Source: Longimicrobiales bacterium
GTDB taxonomy: Bacteria > Gemmatimonadota > Gemmatimonadetes > Longimicrobiales > Gaopeijiaceae
Length of the DNA: 64,000 bases
NCBI GenBank assembly: GCA_965238005.1
Contig: OZ250165.1
Span: 1,984,001 to 2,048,000 of the forward strand
Direction of reading: 5' to 3'
Below, one piece after another: positions 18,456 to 28,317 of this stretch. Position 1 is the stretch's first letter. Each line of letters opens with the position of its first letter. The position numbers and the translations under genes are program-made. Below the pieces are notes generated by a model, which made no database searches, was not told where the DNA came from, and worked only from the letters and a program-made list of their open reading frames with translations.

Positions 18456-18851
18456 CTACTGGTGTGCCGGGACGCTCTTTACGCTGTCCCTGCCCTTCTC
18501 GAGGAGGCGGGGGACCAACTCGTCCAGGGGGAGATTTCGATGGAACACGAAGTCGAGGAGCATGGGCAGGTTCATCCCGAAGACGACGGCCCGGCGGTCG
18601 TTGTCCCGGCAGGTGAGCTGAGCCGTCAGCGCGCAGCTCCCGGTGCACAGGTCGGTGAACACGACGGCCGGAACGTCGCCCACCAGCTCGTCGACCTGCT
18701 CCGCCAGGCCCTGAGGATCACATCCTTCGTTGCTGAGCGCCACCAGAGCGCCCTCTTGCAGACCGGCGATCTTGCTCACCGCGTCCACAATGCCATCAGC
18801 CATTTTGCCGTGGCTGAGCAGCACACCTCGGACCTGGGGATCCTCACTCAT
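18456..18851 (-). CDS. PTS mannose-type EIIA
   Basis: LLSHG, FTDL..GS, GMNLPMLL. Confidence 0.9.
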   Translation of the reverse strand: MSEDPQVRGVLLSHGKMADGIVDAVSKIAGLQEGALVALSNEGCDPQGLAEQVDELVGDVPAVVFTDLCTGSCALTAQLTCRDNDRRAVVFGMNLPMLLDFVFHRNLPLDELVPRLLEKGRDSVKSVPAHQ

Positions 18852-19836
18852 AATCCTGCTCGAGGTACTCCCGGACGGGACGCATGGCGTCCTGGAGCCG
18901 GTTGTTGAAGGCGGCAGCGGAATCCACTCCCAAGTACTTGAGGAGGTGGTTCATCGCCACCACTTCCGAGATGACCGTGATGTTCTTCCCCGGATTCAGG
19001 GGAATCGTGACCTTGGGCACGCGAACCCCCAGGATCTCCATCTCCTCCGCGTCCAGCCCGGTGCGGCTGTACACGGTCTGCTCGTCCCACGTCTCGAGTT
19101 GGACCACGACCTCGATCCGCTTTTGCTGGCGTGTCGCCCGAATGCCGAACAGGCTCTTGATGTCGATAATGCCGAGCCCGCGGATCTCCATATGGTGGCC
19201 CTGGAGCTCGTGGCCCTCGCCGAGGAGCACGTCGGGTCCCCGCCTCGACACGATGATGAGATCGTCGGCCACCAGCCGGTGCCCGCGCTCCACCAGGTCG
19301 AGCACGCACTCGCTCTTGCCCACGCCGCTGCTGCCGACGAAGAGGAGTCCCACGCCGTACACGTCCGCCAACGAGCCGTGGAGATGAGTGCGCGGGGCGA
19401 GGACGGCGTCGAGGTACGGCTTGATCCGCCAGTAGAACTCCTTGGTGCTCAGGCTCGAGCGGAGAACCGGAATCCCGTGCTCCGTCGCCACGTCGAGGAA
19501 TCCCTCCGAGACCGTGAGCCCCTTGGTCACGAATGCGGCCGGAATGTCAAACCGGAAGACGCGCCCGACCCGCTCGCGCACCTCGTCATCGGCCAGGGAC
19601 TCGAGGTAGGAGATCTCGGTTTCGCCAAAGACCTGCATGCGGCCCTCGGCGAAACGCCGGGTAAACCCGGACAGGGCGATCCCCGGACTCGAGACGTCCG
19701 AGTCCGTGACCTCACGGTCGAGGGAGACGCCGGGGGTCAGCACCTCCAGATGAAGGGATTCCCCCCTATCCTCGAGGAGCCTCTCAACCGTAAGGCTGAC
19801 TTTCGCCTCCGAGAGGTCGACTGAATCCTTGGTCAA
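18844..19836 (-). CDS. hprK: HPr kinase/phosphorylase
   Basis: HGSL.DVYGVG, GSSGVGKSE, HRLVADD, MEIRGLGIID. Confidence 0.97.
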   Translation of the reverse strand: MTKDSVDLSEAKVSLTVERLLEDRGESLHLEVLTPGVSLDREVTDSDVSSPGIALSGFTRRFAEGRMQVFGETEISYLESLADDEVRERVGRVFRFDIPAAFVTKGLTVSEGFLDVATEHGIPVLRSSLSTKEFYWRIKPYLDAVLAPRTHLHGSLADVYGVGLLFVGSSGVGKSECVLDLVERGHRLVADDLIIVSRRGPDVLLGEGHELQGHHMEIRGLGIIDIKSLFGIRATRQQKRIEVVVQLETWDEQTVYSRTGLDAEEMEILGVRVPKVTIPLNPGKNITVISEVVAMNHLLKYLGVDSAAAFNNRLQDAMRPVREYLEQDYE

Positions 19837-19843
19837 ATCCAGC

Positions 19844-20170
19844 CTACTCCTCGACGAGAGAGTCTGAGAGCTTCGGAGCCTGGTGATTCGTGTTCTGCTG
19901 ATGACGCCGTCGGAGCTGACGGGTCAGGCGCTCCATCATCTGATGGAGAGCCGAACGAAAATCGCGCGCCTCGCCCGACGCGACCACTGGGTCACCTCGA
20001 TCGACGTGGATGATGCCCTCGACCATTTTCGAGCGCTTTCCTTCATCGAACACGACCTCGGCTGCAGAGACCCGAGATTCATATTTGGTGAGCTTCATCA
20101 AGACTTCTTCTGTGCGCTCGCGCAGCGCATCCGGAAGGTCGGTGTGACGTGACGTGATTCGAATCTCCAT
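19844..20170 (-). CDS. hpf: Ribosome hibernation factor (HPF/RaiA, short form)
   Basis: MEIRITSRH....AL....KL.K and L.RQLRR pattern; next to hprK. Confidence 0.85.
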   Translation of the reverse strand: MEIRITSRHTDLPDALRERTEEVLMKLTKYESRVSAAEVVFDEGKRSKMVEGIIHVDRGDPVVASGEARDFRSALHQMMERLTRQLRRRHQQNTNHQAPKLSDSLVEE

Positions 20171-20250
20171 GCCACCTCCCTAAGGTGCATCGTCCTGCGG
20201 GTCGAAGCGACCGCAGGGCATTCGGCCGACCGGATAAGGTACCCAGGGCC

Positions 20251-21363
20251 TCATTCCTCAGCTACCCGAGCTTCGAGGAATTGCTCCATGACGCGGACAG
20301 ACGCATCCCAGCTGAATCCCTCCGCAAACTCCCTGCCTCTCTCGCCCATCCGAGATCGAAGCTCCTCGCTTTCCAGGAGCTCTGCGATCCGGTCCGCCAG
20401 ACGGCCTACGTCTCCGTGGGGAACCAGGTACCCGGTCCGCCCGTCGACCACCGAATCGCTCAGTCCGGGCGAGTCGCTGGCCACTGTGGGCGTCCCACAG
20501 GCCGCGGCCTCCAGGTTCGCGATGCCCCACCCTTCCTTGGGTGAGGTCAGGACGTGGACCCAGCTCTGCCTGAGCAGCTCCACCTTCTTGGTCTCGGACA
20601 CGAATCCGAGGAACTCGACCCGATCTTCCAGAGCCAAGGTGGCCCGGAGCGCCTCGAGCCGGTCCCTGTGGTCCCCCTGCCCGGCGACGAGAAGTCGGCA
20701 CGGCACGCTGCGCTCCACAAGGGTCGCCACCGCCTCCATGACGAGGTCGACCCGCTTGTAGCGCTTCAGGCGCCCCAGGTACAGGAGTGTGGGCTCCTCG
20801 AAGCGATCCTCGGGATGGCCCGGTGTCAGCGTCTCCAGGTCGACCCCGTTCGGGATGATCTCCATGAGATCCCTATGCAGCCCCCGCCGCACCAGATCCT
20901 GGGCCGTGCTCTGCGAGACCACCGCCGTAGGGACGTCGCTGAAGACCCGTGGTATGGGCATCTCCAGCAGCCAGGTGGCCGCGGCAACAGGAAGCGACGC
21001 CTCGCGGAAGGCAGTGGTCCCGAAGAGGTGGTGCACCACGAGGACGACGGGGGCGTCGACCCACCACGGAGAGAAAAAGGGCACCTTGTTCAGGTCCTCG
21101 ACCACCACGTCGAACTCCCGGTCCCGCAGATTACGCCTGTAATACGCCGGCGCCGCGAGGGCGAGCGTGTGGCGGCCTCCGGTCCGGTGAACCTCGATCC
21201 CGGCGATATTGGTCGTGGTCGCGGCTCCCGGCCACGCGGAGCAGAGGAGTGTGACGGAATGTCCCCTCTCCACCAGCCTTCTGAAGATCTCCAGAAGGTG
21301 GACTTCCGCGCCGCCCGCCTGGGGATTCTCAGGATCGAGCCAGTTGAGAACGAGAACGTTCAC
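20251..21363 (-). CDS. Glycosyltransferase family 4
   Basis: NPQAGGAE, LGRLKRYKR, KEGWGI..LEAAACGTP. Confidence 0.92.
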   Translation of the reverse strand: MNVLVLNWLDPENPQAGGAEVHLLEIFRRLVERGHSVTLLCSAWPGAATTTNIAGIEVHRTGGRHTLALAAPAYYRRNLRDREFDVVVEDLNKVPFFSPWWVDAPVVLVVHHLFGTTAFREASLPVAAATWLLEMPIPRVFSDVPTAVVSQSTAQDLVRRGLHRDLMEIIPNGVDLETLTPGHPEDRFEEPTLLYLGRLKRYKRVDLVMEAVATLVERSVPCRLLVAGQGDHRDRLEALRATLALEDRVEFLGFVSETKKVELLRQSWVHVLTSPKEGWGIANLEAAACGTPTVASDSPGLSDSVVDGRTGYLVPHGDVGRLADRIAELLESEELRSRMGERGREFAEGFSWDASVRVMEQFLEARVAEE

Positions 21364-21379
21364 GAGCCGAGGCCCCGAG

Positions 21380-21826
21380 TCAGCCGGCGGTTCGCTTGTA
21401 CAGGGCGTCGAGCACGCCGTTGACGAACCGCGGGGAGTCGGCACCGCCGTACCCCTCCGCCAGCCTCACCGCCTCCTGGATCGAAACCTTGGGTGGGACG
21501 TCGTCGAAGTGGGTGATCTCCACAGCGGCGATCCGGAGCACGGCTCGATCGAGGAAGGAGAGCCGGTCGATGCGCCAGTTGTCCAGAGCCTCACTGAGCA
21601 CCGCGTCGACTTCGGGTCCATGTTCGTCCAGCGCGGTCAGCAACCGCCGGATGTAGGGCAGACGAGTCGGCGCAATCCGGCGGGTAGCGACCGTGTCCTC
21701 CAACGTCTGGGCCAGTGTGCCGCTCTTGTCGCCGACCTCCCAACGGTAGTGGATCTGTAGCGCCCAGGCCCGAGCACGGGTCCTGTCGATTCGCCGGGGC
21801 GCGTCGTGGGTGACGGCCCGGCTCAC
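21380..21826 (-). CDS. nusB: Transcription antitermination factor NusB
   Basis: R..AR..ALQ..Y, NWRIDRL..LDRAVLR, FVNGVLD. Confidence 0.95.
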   Translation of the reverse strand: MSRAVTHDAPRRIDRTRARAWALQIHYRWEVGDKSGTLAQTLEDTVATRRIAPTRLPYIRRLLTALDEHGPEVDAVLSEALDNWRIDRLSFLDRAVLRIAAVEITHFDDVPPKVSIQEAVRLAEGYGGADSPRFVNGVLDALYKRTAG

Positions 21827-22311
21827 TACTCCTCCAACCCGGCGTACAGGGCCACCATGTGAAGAGCGCTCAGGGCGACCTCACGTCCCTTGTCGTCCTC
21901 GTCCCTGGAGGCCCGTGCCCAGGCCTGCTCGTGCGTGTCCGTCGTGAGCACTCCGAAGAGGAGCGGCACGTCCAGGGTCCGCGCCACGGCTCCGAGCCCC
22001 TGGCTGGCCTCACCGGCCACGAAGTCGAAGTGGGCCGTCTCGCCCCGTATGACGCATCCCAGGGCGATGATGGCGTCGTGCCGGCCCAGGGAGGCCACCT
22101 TTCGGGCGGTTTGGGGGAGCTCCCAGGCGCCGGGCACCCAGTAGACGTCCACGTCGTCGGGGAGCACACCGATTTCGCTGAGGCCGGCCCGGCAGCCCTC
22201 CACCAGCTCCGTGCTGACGTCTCCGTTGAACCGGGCGGCGATTACGGCAATCCGCCGCCCCTCCGCCGGAGGCGGCTCGGGAAGGTGACTCCCGGATTCG
22301 GTGCTCCGCAT
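21826..22311 (-). CDS. ribH: Lumazine synthase
   Basis: ARFN, VPGAWELP, LGCVIRGETAHF. Confidence 0.96.
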   Translation of the reverse strand: MRSTESGSHLPEPPPAEGRRIAVIAARFNGDVSTELVEGCRAGLSEIGVLPDDVDVYWVPGAWELPQTARKVASLGRHDAIIALGCVIRGETAHFDFVAGEASQGLGAVARTLDVPLLFGVLTTDTHEQAWARASRDEDDKGREVALSALHMVALYAGLEE

Positions 22312-22340
22312 GCTAGTTATCGGTCACTAAAGGATCCGCA

Positions 22341-23540
22341 TCACAGCAGGTGCCCCAGCTTGGAGCGCTTGGTGTCCAGGTACTCCTGGTTGTGCTCGCC
22401 GGGATTCACGTAGAGCGGCTCTCGGCCCGTGATCTCCAGGTTGTACCCCTCCAGCCCGACGATCTTGCGGGGGTTGTTGGTCAGCAGGCGGATCTTGTTG
22501 AGGCCCAGGTCCAAGAGGATCTGTGCGCCGATACCGTAATCTCGAAGGTCCGGCTTGAAGCCCAGCGCCCGGTTGGCCTCCACCGTGTCGTGGCCCTGAT
22601 CCTGTAGCTCATACGCCCGGATCTTGTTGTGGAGGCCGATCCCCCTCCCTTCCTGCTTGAGGTAGACGATGGCGCCGCGGCCGACCTCGGAGATCTGCCG
22701 CATGGCGGCCTCCAGCTGCTGGCCGCAGTCACACCGGACCGATCCGAACACGTCGCCCGTGAGGCACTCCGAGTGCATACGCACCAGGATGTCGTCCTTC
22801 CCCTCGATGTCGCCCTTCACCAGGGCGACGTGCTCCCGATCGTCGATGGGGCTCTGGTAAGCGATGATACGGAAGTCACCGAATTCGGTGGGCAGCTCCG
22901 CCTCCGCGACCCTCGTGACCAGGCGCTCCTTGGCCAGGCGATACGAGACGAGCTGGGCCACCGTGATGAACCTGAGGCCGTGCTCCTGTGCGTAGAGCTC
23001 GAGCTGGGGCCGACGGGCCATGGTCCCGTCTGGGTTGAGGATCTCGCAGATGACTCCCACAGGCGGAAGGCCCGCCATCCTGGCGAGATCGACGGCGGCT
23101 TCGGTCTGGCCGACCCGACGGAGGACGCCCCCGGGGCGGGCCTTCAGAGGGAATATATGGCCCGGACGTCTCAGGTCTCCGGGACGCGCGTTCGGATCCA
23201 CCAGGACCTGGATGGTCTTGGCCCGATCATGGGCGCTGATGCCGGTGGTCACCCCGAAGCGCTGGTGAGCGTCCACGGAGATCGTGAAGGCGGTCGCCTG
23301 GGGATCGCTGTTCTCGTCGGTCATGAGGGGGAGGCCCAGCTCCTCCGCCCGCGGCGGAGTGAGGGCCACGCAGATCAGGCCCCGCCCGAACTGCGTCATG
23401 AAATTCACCGTCTGGGGCGAAATCAGGGATGCCGCGCAAACCAGGTCTCCCTCGTTTTCGCGGTCCTCGTCGTCGGCGACGATGATGAGCTTGCCCTGTC
23501 GGATGTCCTCCAGGGCCGCTTCGACGCGATCGAACGGCAT
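22341..23540 (-). CDS. ribBA: Bifunctional DHBP synthase / GTP cyclohydrolase II
   Basis: DDEDRENEGD, RPGHIFPL, HSECLTGD....RCDCG, QEGRGIGL. Confidence 0.97.
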   Translation of the reverse strand: MPFDRVEAALEDIRQGKLIIVADDEDRENEGDLVCAASLISPQTVNFMTQFGRGLICVALTPPRAEELGLPLMTDENSDPQATAFTISVDAHQRFGVTTGISAHDRAKTIQVLVDPNARPGDLRRPGHIFPLKARPGGVLRRVGQTEAAVDLARMAGLPPVGVICEILNPDGTMARRPQLELYAQEHGLRFITVAQLVSYRLAKERLVTRVAEAELPTEFGDFRIIAYQSPIDDREHVALVKGDIEGKDDILVRMHSECLTGDVFGSVRCDCGQQLEAAMRQISEVGRGAIVYLKQEGRGIGLHNKIRAYELQDQGHDTVEANRALGFKPDLRDYGIGAQILLDLGLNKIRLLTNNPRKIVGLEGYNLEITGREPLYVNPGEHNQEYLDTKRSKLGHLL

Positions 23541-23632
23541 CCCAGGCACTCCTCCTTCACGTTGAAACCGCTGGCGACCGATCCGCTATCCATCCAGAGA
23601 AAGCGGCGCGCCAGCACACAGGAAGTATAGTG

Positions 23633-24232
23633 CTACTCGGCGTGTGGGAGCATCCTGCGCACGTATTTTCCGATCATGTCACCCTCGACGTTTACCGGGT
23701 CGCCGAGATCGAGTCCACCGAGGTTGGTGTGCTCCCAGGTGAACGAAATGACGCCCACTTGGCAGACGTGACCGTCGAGAAGAGCGTTCACGGTAAGGCT
23801 CACGCCGTTGATGGCGATGGATCCGTGGAGGATCGTCTGGGCCGCGACCTCGGGCGGAACACGGAAGTCGAGCAGCCGGTACTCCCCTTCCTCGGAGACG
23901 CCGACCAGCTCCCCCACGCCGTCCACGTGACCCTGTACCAGGTGCCCATCCAAACGCCCACCCATGGCGAGTGATCGCTCGAGATTGACCGCGTTGCCCT
24001 CCCGGTAGCTCCCCGACACGGTACGGGACAGGGTCGTACCGATGCTGTGGGCCGTGAACCCGTCCTCCAAAACGGAGACCGCCGTGTGGCAGGCCCCATC
24101 CAGGGAGATGGAAGCGCCGGGAGCCAGATCGTCGAGGATCGCCCTCGCCTCGATGCGGATCTCCCGGGCACCGTCAAGCTCCCGGATGGATCGGACCACA
24201 CCGACTTCTTCGACGATCCCGCTGAACATCAT
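23633..24232 (-). CDS. ribE: Riboflavin synthase
   Basis: MFSGIVEE, VNLERSL, GHLVQGHVD, GSIAINGVSLT. Confidence 0.95.
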   Translation of the reverse strand: MMFSGIVEEVGVVRSIRELDGAREIRIEARAILDDLAPGASISLDGACHTAVSVLEDGFTAHSIGTTLSRTVSGSYREGNAVNLERSLAMGGRLDGHLVQGHVDGVGELVGVSEEGEYRLLDFRVPPEVAAQTILHGSIAINGVSLTVNALLDGHVCQVGVISFTWEHTNLGGLDLGDPVNVEGDMIGKYVRRMLPHAE

Positions 24233-25356
24233 GCCTCTCGATCGTACGTGAGAAGGACGTCCGCTCCCAGGCGACGCGGCTCGCCCACAACCCGCCAGCC
24301 CGGCCCATCGGGTGTGCCCGTCGCATCCGGGAATGCCGGGACACCCTGATCTCCGAACGATACGGGTGCTTCGAAAAGGTAAAGCCGCTGCACGAGTCCT
24401 TCACGTATCAAAGCGCTTGCCAGCTTCCCTCCGCCCTCACAGAGAATCGAAGTGAGCCCCAGCTCCCAGCACGAGACCAGGGCTCGCTCCAGGTGGACGC
24501 GCCCACCGTCTTCGGGGACGACTTCCACCCGGGCCCCCGCCCCTTCCAGCTCCCGAATCCGATCCGGCGGAGCCGACGGCGTGACCAGAATCAGGACCGG
24601 CGCCTCAGTGACGGTCCGCAGGAGCTGGGCCTCGGGCGAGATCCGACATCTGGAGTCTACGACGACACGGGTGGGTGTCACTCGCGGCTCGACCCCGTGA
24701 CGAACGGTGAGGAGGGGGTCGTCCACGCAGGCGGTCTCCGCACCGACCAGGATGGCGTCGAACCCACTCCTGAGGTGATGCACCTCCCGGTTCGCCTCCG
24801 CTCCCGTCAGGGCGGTCCGTTCGCCGATTCCGCCGGCGATCCGTCCATCTCGGCTCACGGCCAGCTTCACGGCGAGATAGGTCCGGCCGCGATCCGTCGT
24901 GTGGAAGAACGCCGGATCCACGTCGCGGCCCAGGGCAGGATCGGACGAGGGGCCCGAGACCTCCACGCCGACGTTGGACAGGCGGCGACGGCCCCCGGCC
25001 GCCTCTGCACCCGGGTCGGCGGCGCCGAACACCACACGGCTCACTCCGGCGTCCAAGAGGGCGTCGGTACAGGGCGGCGTCTTTCCGTAGTGGTTACACG
25101 GCTCTAGGGTCACGTAGGCGGTGGCGTCCCGTGCGCCCTCCCCCGCCACCCTCAGTGCGTTCACCTCGGCGTGAGGCCCTCCGAACTCTTCATGCCAGCC
25201 CTCACCGACGATCACCCCATCCTTGACCAGAACGCACCCGACCATGGGGTTCGGGCGCACACGACCCCAGCCCCTCCTCGCCAGTGTGGCAGCTCGGGCC
25301 AGCCACTCCCGCTCCGGATCGACGGGAGACGCGCTCGGTTCGGCGGCGTCCGTCAT
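24229..25356 (-). CDS. ribD: Riboflavin biosynthesis deaminase/reductase
   Basis: PNPMVG, HAEVNAL, TLEPCNHYGKTPPC, EGGG. Confidence 0.96.
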   Translation of the reverse strand: MTDAAEPSASPVDPEREWLARAATLARRGWGRVRPNPMVGCVLVKDGVIVGEGWHEEFGGPHAEVNALRVAGEGARDATAYVTLEPCNHYGKTPPCTDALLDAGVSRVVFGAADPGAEAAGGRRRLSNVGVEVSGPSSDPALGRDVDPAFFHTTDRGRTYLAVKLAVSRDGRIAGGIGERTALTGAEANREVHHLRSGFDAILVGAETACVDDPLLTVRHGVEPRVTPTRVVVDSRCRISPEAQLLRTVTEAPVLILVTPSAPPDRIRELEGAGARVEVVPEDGGRVHLERALVSCWELGLTSILCEGGGKLASALIREGLVQRLYLFEAPVSFGDQGVPAFPDATGTPDGPGWRVVGEPRRLGADVLLTYDREA

Positions 25357-25389
25357 CGGGTCGCGTCCTTCATCGAGTCGGGCCGGTCG

Positions 25390-26367
25390 TCAGATGGTGA
25401 GCCTGAACGCCAGGTTCACGAATGTGGTGATGCTGCCCGGGTCGTACTCGCCCTGGTAGCCGGTCAGATCATCGAATCCGCCAGCCCAGCCCGCCTCCAG
25501 AGAAAGCTGGAAGATGAGGCGCGTCAGCGACGCCCCCACGTAGTACACCGTACGGCGTGTAGTCAGGTCCTGGGCCACGACGATCCCTTGCCCTCCGGGT
25601 ACTCCCGGATCGGCCACCCGAACGCCGAAGTCACCCTTCTGCCAGTCGAACCCGGCCCCCACCAGAAAAGCGAGGGCGACCAGGTCCTTGCCGATGGTCA
25701 CCCGCACCGACGTGGCGGCGATGTCCGTGTCCAACTGAGCGCCGGTCTCCGTCACCCCACCCCAGCTCAGATCTTCACCGAAGTGCTGCACGAGCGAGAC
25801 GGTAACCCCCGGCATGGTGAACGACTCACGGAGCAGGCCCAACCGGCCGCCGACCGAGATCGACCCCTCGTTCTCGGTGAAGCCGTCGTCCTCCGGAAGG
25901 AACAAGAGGTTCAACGATGCCAGCACATCCAGAGAGAGGAAACCTCCCACAGTGGGCAGGACCGAGAACCCGTCCAGGACGCCCGCCGCCACGGTGGCCT
26001 TCATGCCATACGCCACCACGGTCGTCTTGCCCGGCCGGGCTGCCCCGTCCCCCAGGATGTCGGGGATGTCGAACACGGCCACCTTGAGGCGTGCTGCCAC
26101 GCTGACGCGGGGGGTCCGTCCTAACCGTCGCCCCAGCGTGCTGGACGTTCCCCCGAGCTCGACCCCCATGGCGTCGGCGACGGAGATCCCCCCTCGGATG
26201 GCTTGCGCGGCCAGAATGGTGCTCTGGCACGGTGCCACCAGCGCTGCGGACCCGGCGGCGGCGCACGATGCCACGATCCCACTAAGGTTCTGGGCGGCGG
26301 CCGGTACGCTCGAGCCCAACAGGCCCGCAGCCAACCCGAGGAGCCACCGACCCGAGGTCCGCTTCAC
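25390..26367 (-). CDS. Secreted hypothetical protein, possibly an outer-membrane beta-barrel
   Basis: GTG overlapping the purM stop; signal peptide ending AAA-Q; alternating strands, C-terminus VNLAFRLTI. Confidence 0.75.
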   Translation of the reverse strand: MKRTSGRWLLGLAAGLLGSSVPAAAQNLSGIVASCAAAGSAALVAPCQSTILAAQAIRGGISVADAMGVELGGTSSTLGRRLGRTPRVSVAARLKVAVFDIPDILGDGAARPGKTTVVAYGMKATVAAGVLDGFSVLPTVGGFLSLDVLASLNLLFLPEDDGFTENEGSISVGGRLGLLRESFTMPGVTVSLVQHFGEDLSWGGVTETGAQLDTDIAATSVRVTIGKDLVALAFLVGAGFDWQKGDFGVRVADPGVPGGQGIVVAQDLTTRRTVYYVGASLTRLIFQLSLEAGWAGGFDDLTGYQGEYDPGSITTFVNLAFRLTI

Positions 26368-27398
26368 GCCCACCGTACGCCCTCCCCCTCCTCCACCTCG
26401 CCCATGACCCACGGTGACCATCCTCCCGCTCGCAGGGTGGAGAGCACGCCGTCGGCATCCCCCGGCGAGGTCACGACGATCATGCCGACTCCCATGTTGA
26501 ACACCCGGAGCATCTCGTCCCGCTCGACCTTGCCGGCCTCTTGCAGGACCCGGAACACGTCGGGTGCCTCCCAGGAAGAGAGATCCACTCGGGCGCCGAG
26601 CTCCGTGCCCAGGACGCGCGGGACGTTGCCGGGGATCCCCCCACCCGTGATGTGGGCCAGGCCCCGTATCGTGCCGGTCTCCAGGATGGGCCACAGGGGA
26701 GCCAGGTAGCTCCGGTGGACGTCCAGCAGCACCTCGCCGACGCTCCGCTCCGACCCGGGGAATCTGTCGTCCACTGTGAGGCCCATGGCGTCGAAGATGA
26801 CCTTTCGGGCCAGCGTGTACCCGTTGGTGTGGAGGCCCGAGGACTCCAGTCCGATGAGGACGTCGCCCGCCCGCACCCGGGATCCGTCGAGGATCCTGTC
26901 CCGCCCCACGATCCCCACGATGAAGCCCGCCAGGTCGTACTCGTCGGCGGCGTAGAAGTCGGGCATCTGGGCCGTCTCGCCCCCCAGCAGTGCACACCCG
27001 TTCTCCTTGCACGCCTGGGCCACCCCGGCGACCACGTCGGAGACCACCACCTCGTCCATAGCCCCCGAGGCGAGATAGTCCAGGAAGAAGAGGGGCCGGG
27101 CGCCCTGGACCAGGACGTCGTTCACGCAGTGGTTGACCAGGTCCTGCCCCACGGTGTCGTGGCGACCGGCCAGGAAGGCCACCTTCAGCTTGGTCCCCAC
27201 CCCGTCGGCGCTGGAGACCAGGACCGGGCTCTCCACGTCCCCGGGCACCGAGTACAGGCCACCGAACAGTCCCAGCTCGGAGAGGGTGTTCTCGTCACGA
27301 GTGGACGCCACAAGGGACTTGAGTCGCTCCTTGGCCCGCTCGGCGGCGTCGAGGTCGACCCCCGCCGTGCGGTAGTCCAATCCGGTGCTCTCAGACAT
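26364..27398 (-). CDS. purM: Phosphoribosylaminoimidazole (AIR) synthetase
   Basis: DGVGTK, LFFLDY, GGETAQMP, SSGLHTNG, AHITGGG. Confidence 0.97.
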   Translation of the reverse strand: MSESTGLDYRTAGVDLDAAERAKERLKSLVASTRDENTLSELGLFGGLYSVPGDVESPVLVSSADGVGTKLKVAFLAGRHDTVGQDLVNHCVNDVLVQGARPLFFLDYLASGAMDEVVVSDVVAGVAQACKENGCALLGGETAQMPDFYAADEYDLAGFIVGIVGRDRILDGSRVRAGDVLIGLESSGLHTNGYTLARKVIFDAMGLTVDDRFPGSERSVGEVLLDVHRSYLAPLWPILETGTIRGLAHITGGGIPGNVPRVLGTELGARVDLSSWEAPDVFRVLQEAGKVERDEMLRVFNMGVGMIVVTSPGDADGVLSTLRAGGWSPWVMGEVEEGEGVRWA

Positions 27399-28317
27399 GA
27401 GGCTCAGCCAGCTGATGCTCGAATGCCGTCATTTCCTTGAATTCCAGGATCCGTCTCAGGATCTCCCCGTTCTGGAGCGTCTGGAGGCGCTCGACGCTGA
27501 AGCTCTCGACGGCGAAGGAGCCCATGGCCGACCCGTACACCATTGCCCGCCGATAGGCGTCCGCCGTGAGGGATCGGATGGACGCCAGGTATCCCAGGAA
27601 GCCCCCGGCGAAAGCGTCACCGGCTCCCGTGGGATCGAAGACGACCTCCAAGGGAAAGCCCGGCACGAAGAACACCCACTCGGGCCCGTAAAGGATGGCC
27701 CCGTGCTCTCCCTTCTTCACCACTACGAGCTCAGGGCCCCTTTCCTGGATCCAGCGGGCGGCACGGAGAAGGTTGTGGTCGTCGGCGAGCTCCCGGGCCT
27801 CGGCGTCGTTCACCATGAGGATGTCGACGCGCTTCAGGAGCTCGAGCAGCGCCCCGCGGCTCCCCTCGATCCAGTAGTTCATCGTGTCGCAGGCGACGAC
27901 CTCGGGCGAGCGGACCTGATCGAGAACGTCGAGCTGTAGCACCGGATCGATGTTGCCCAGGAAAACGAACCGGGAATCCTTGAACTCATCCGGGATGCGC
28001 GGCTTGAACTCCGCGAACACGCCGAGGCGTGTTTCCAGAGTGTCCCTGGAGTTGAGGTCGTAGGAGTATCGTCCCGCCCAGAAGAAGCTCTCACCCGGAG
28101 CACGCTCGATGCCCGCCAGGTCCACGTCCCGCTCGACGAGAAAATCCAACTTCTCCAGGGGATAGTCCTCGCCCACCACACCCACGACTCGAACCGGACA
28201 AAACAGGCTGGCTGCCGAGCTGAAGAAGACCGCCGAACCCCCGAGTACACGCTTGGCGGTGCCGAAGGGCGTCTCGACGGAGTCGAGAGCCACGCTTCCT
28301 ACCACGAGAATCGACAT
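27391..28317 (-). CDS. PfkB-family carbohydrate kinase
   Basis: VVGSVALD, KKGEHGA, DPTGAGDAFAGG. Confidence 0.93.
   Translation of the reverse strand: MSILVVGSVALDSVETPFGTAKRVLGGSAVFFSSAASLFCPVRVVGVVGEDYPLEKLDFLVERDVDLAGIERAPGESFFWAGRYSYDLNSRDTLETRLGVFAEFKPRIPDEFKDSRFVFLGNIDPVLQLDVLDQVRSPEVVACDTMNYWIEGSRGALLELLKRVDILMVNDAEARELADDHNLLRAARWIQERGPELVVVKKGEHGAILYGPEWVFFVPGFPLEVVFDPTGAGDAFAGGFLGYLASIRSLTADAYRRAMVYGSAMGSFAVESFSVERLQTLQNGEILRRILEFKEMTAFEHQLAEPHV

Noticed and set aside
23541..23632. FMN riboswitch in the ribE-ribBA spacer
   Set aside because: Too short and lacks the AGGGCGGGGTGAAATTCCC core; TATACT suggests at most an internal promoter
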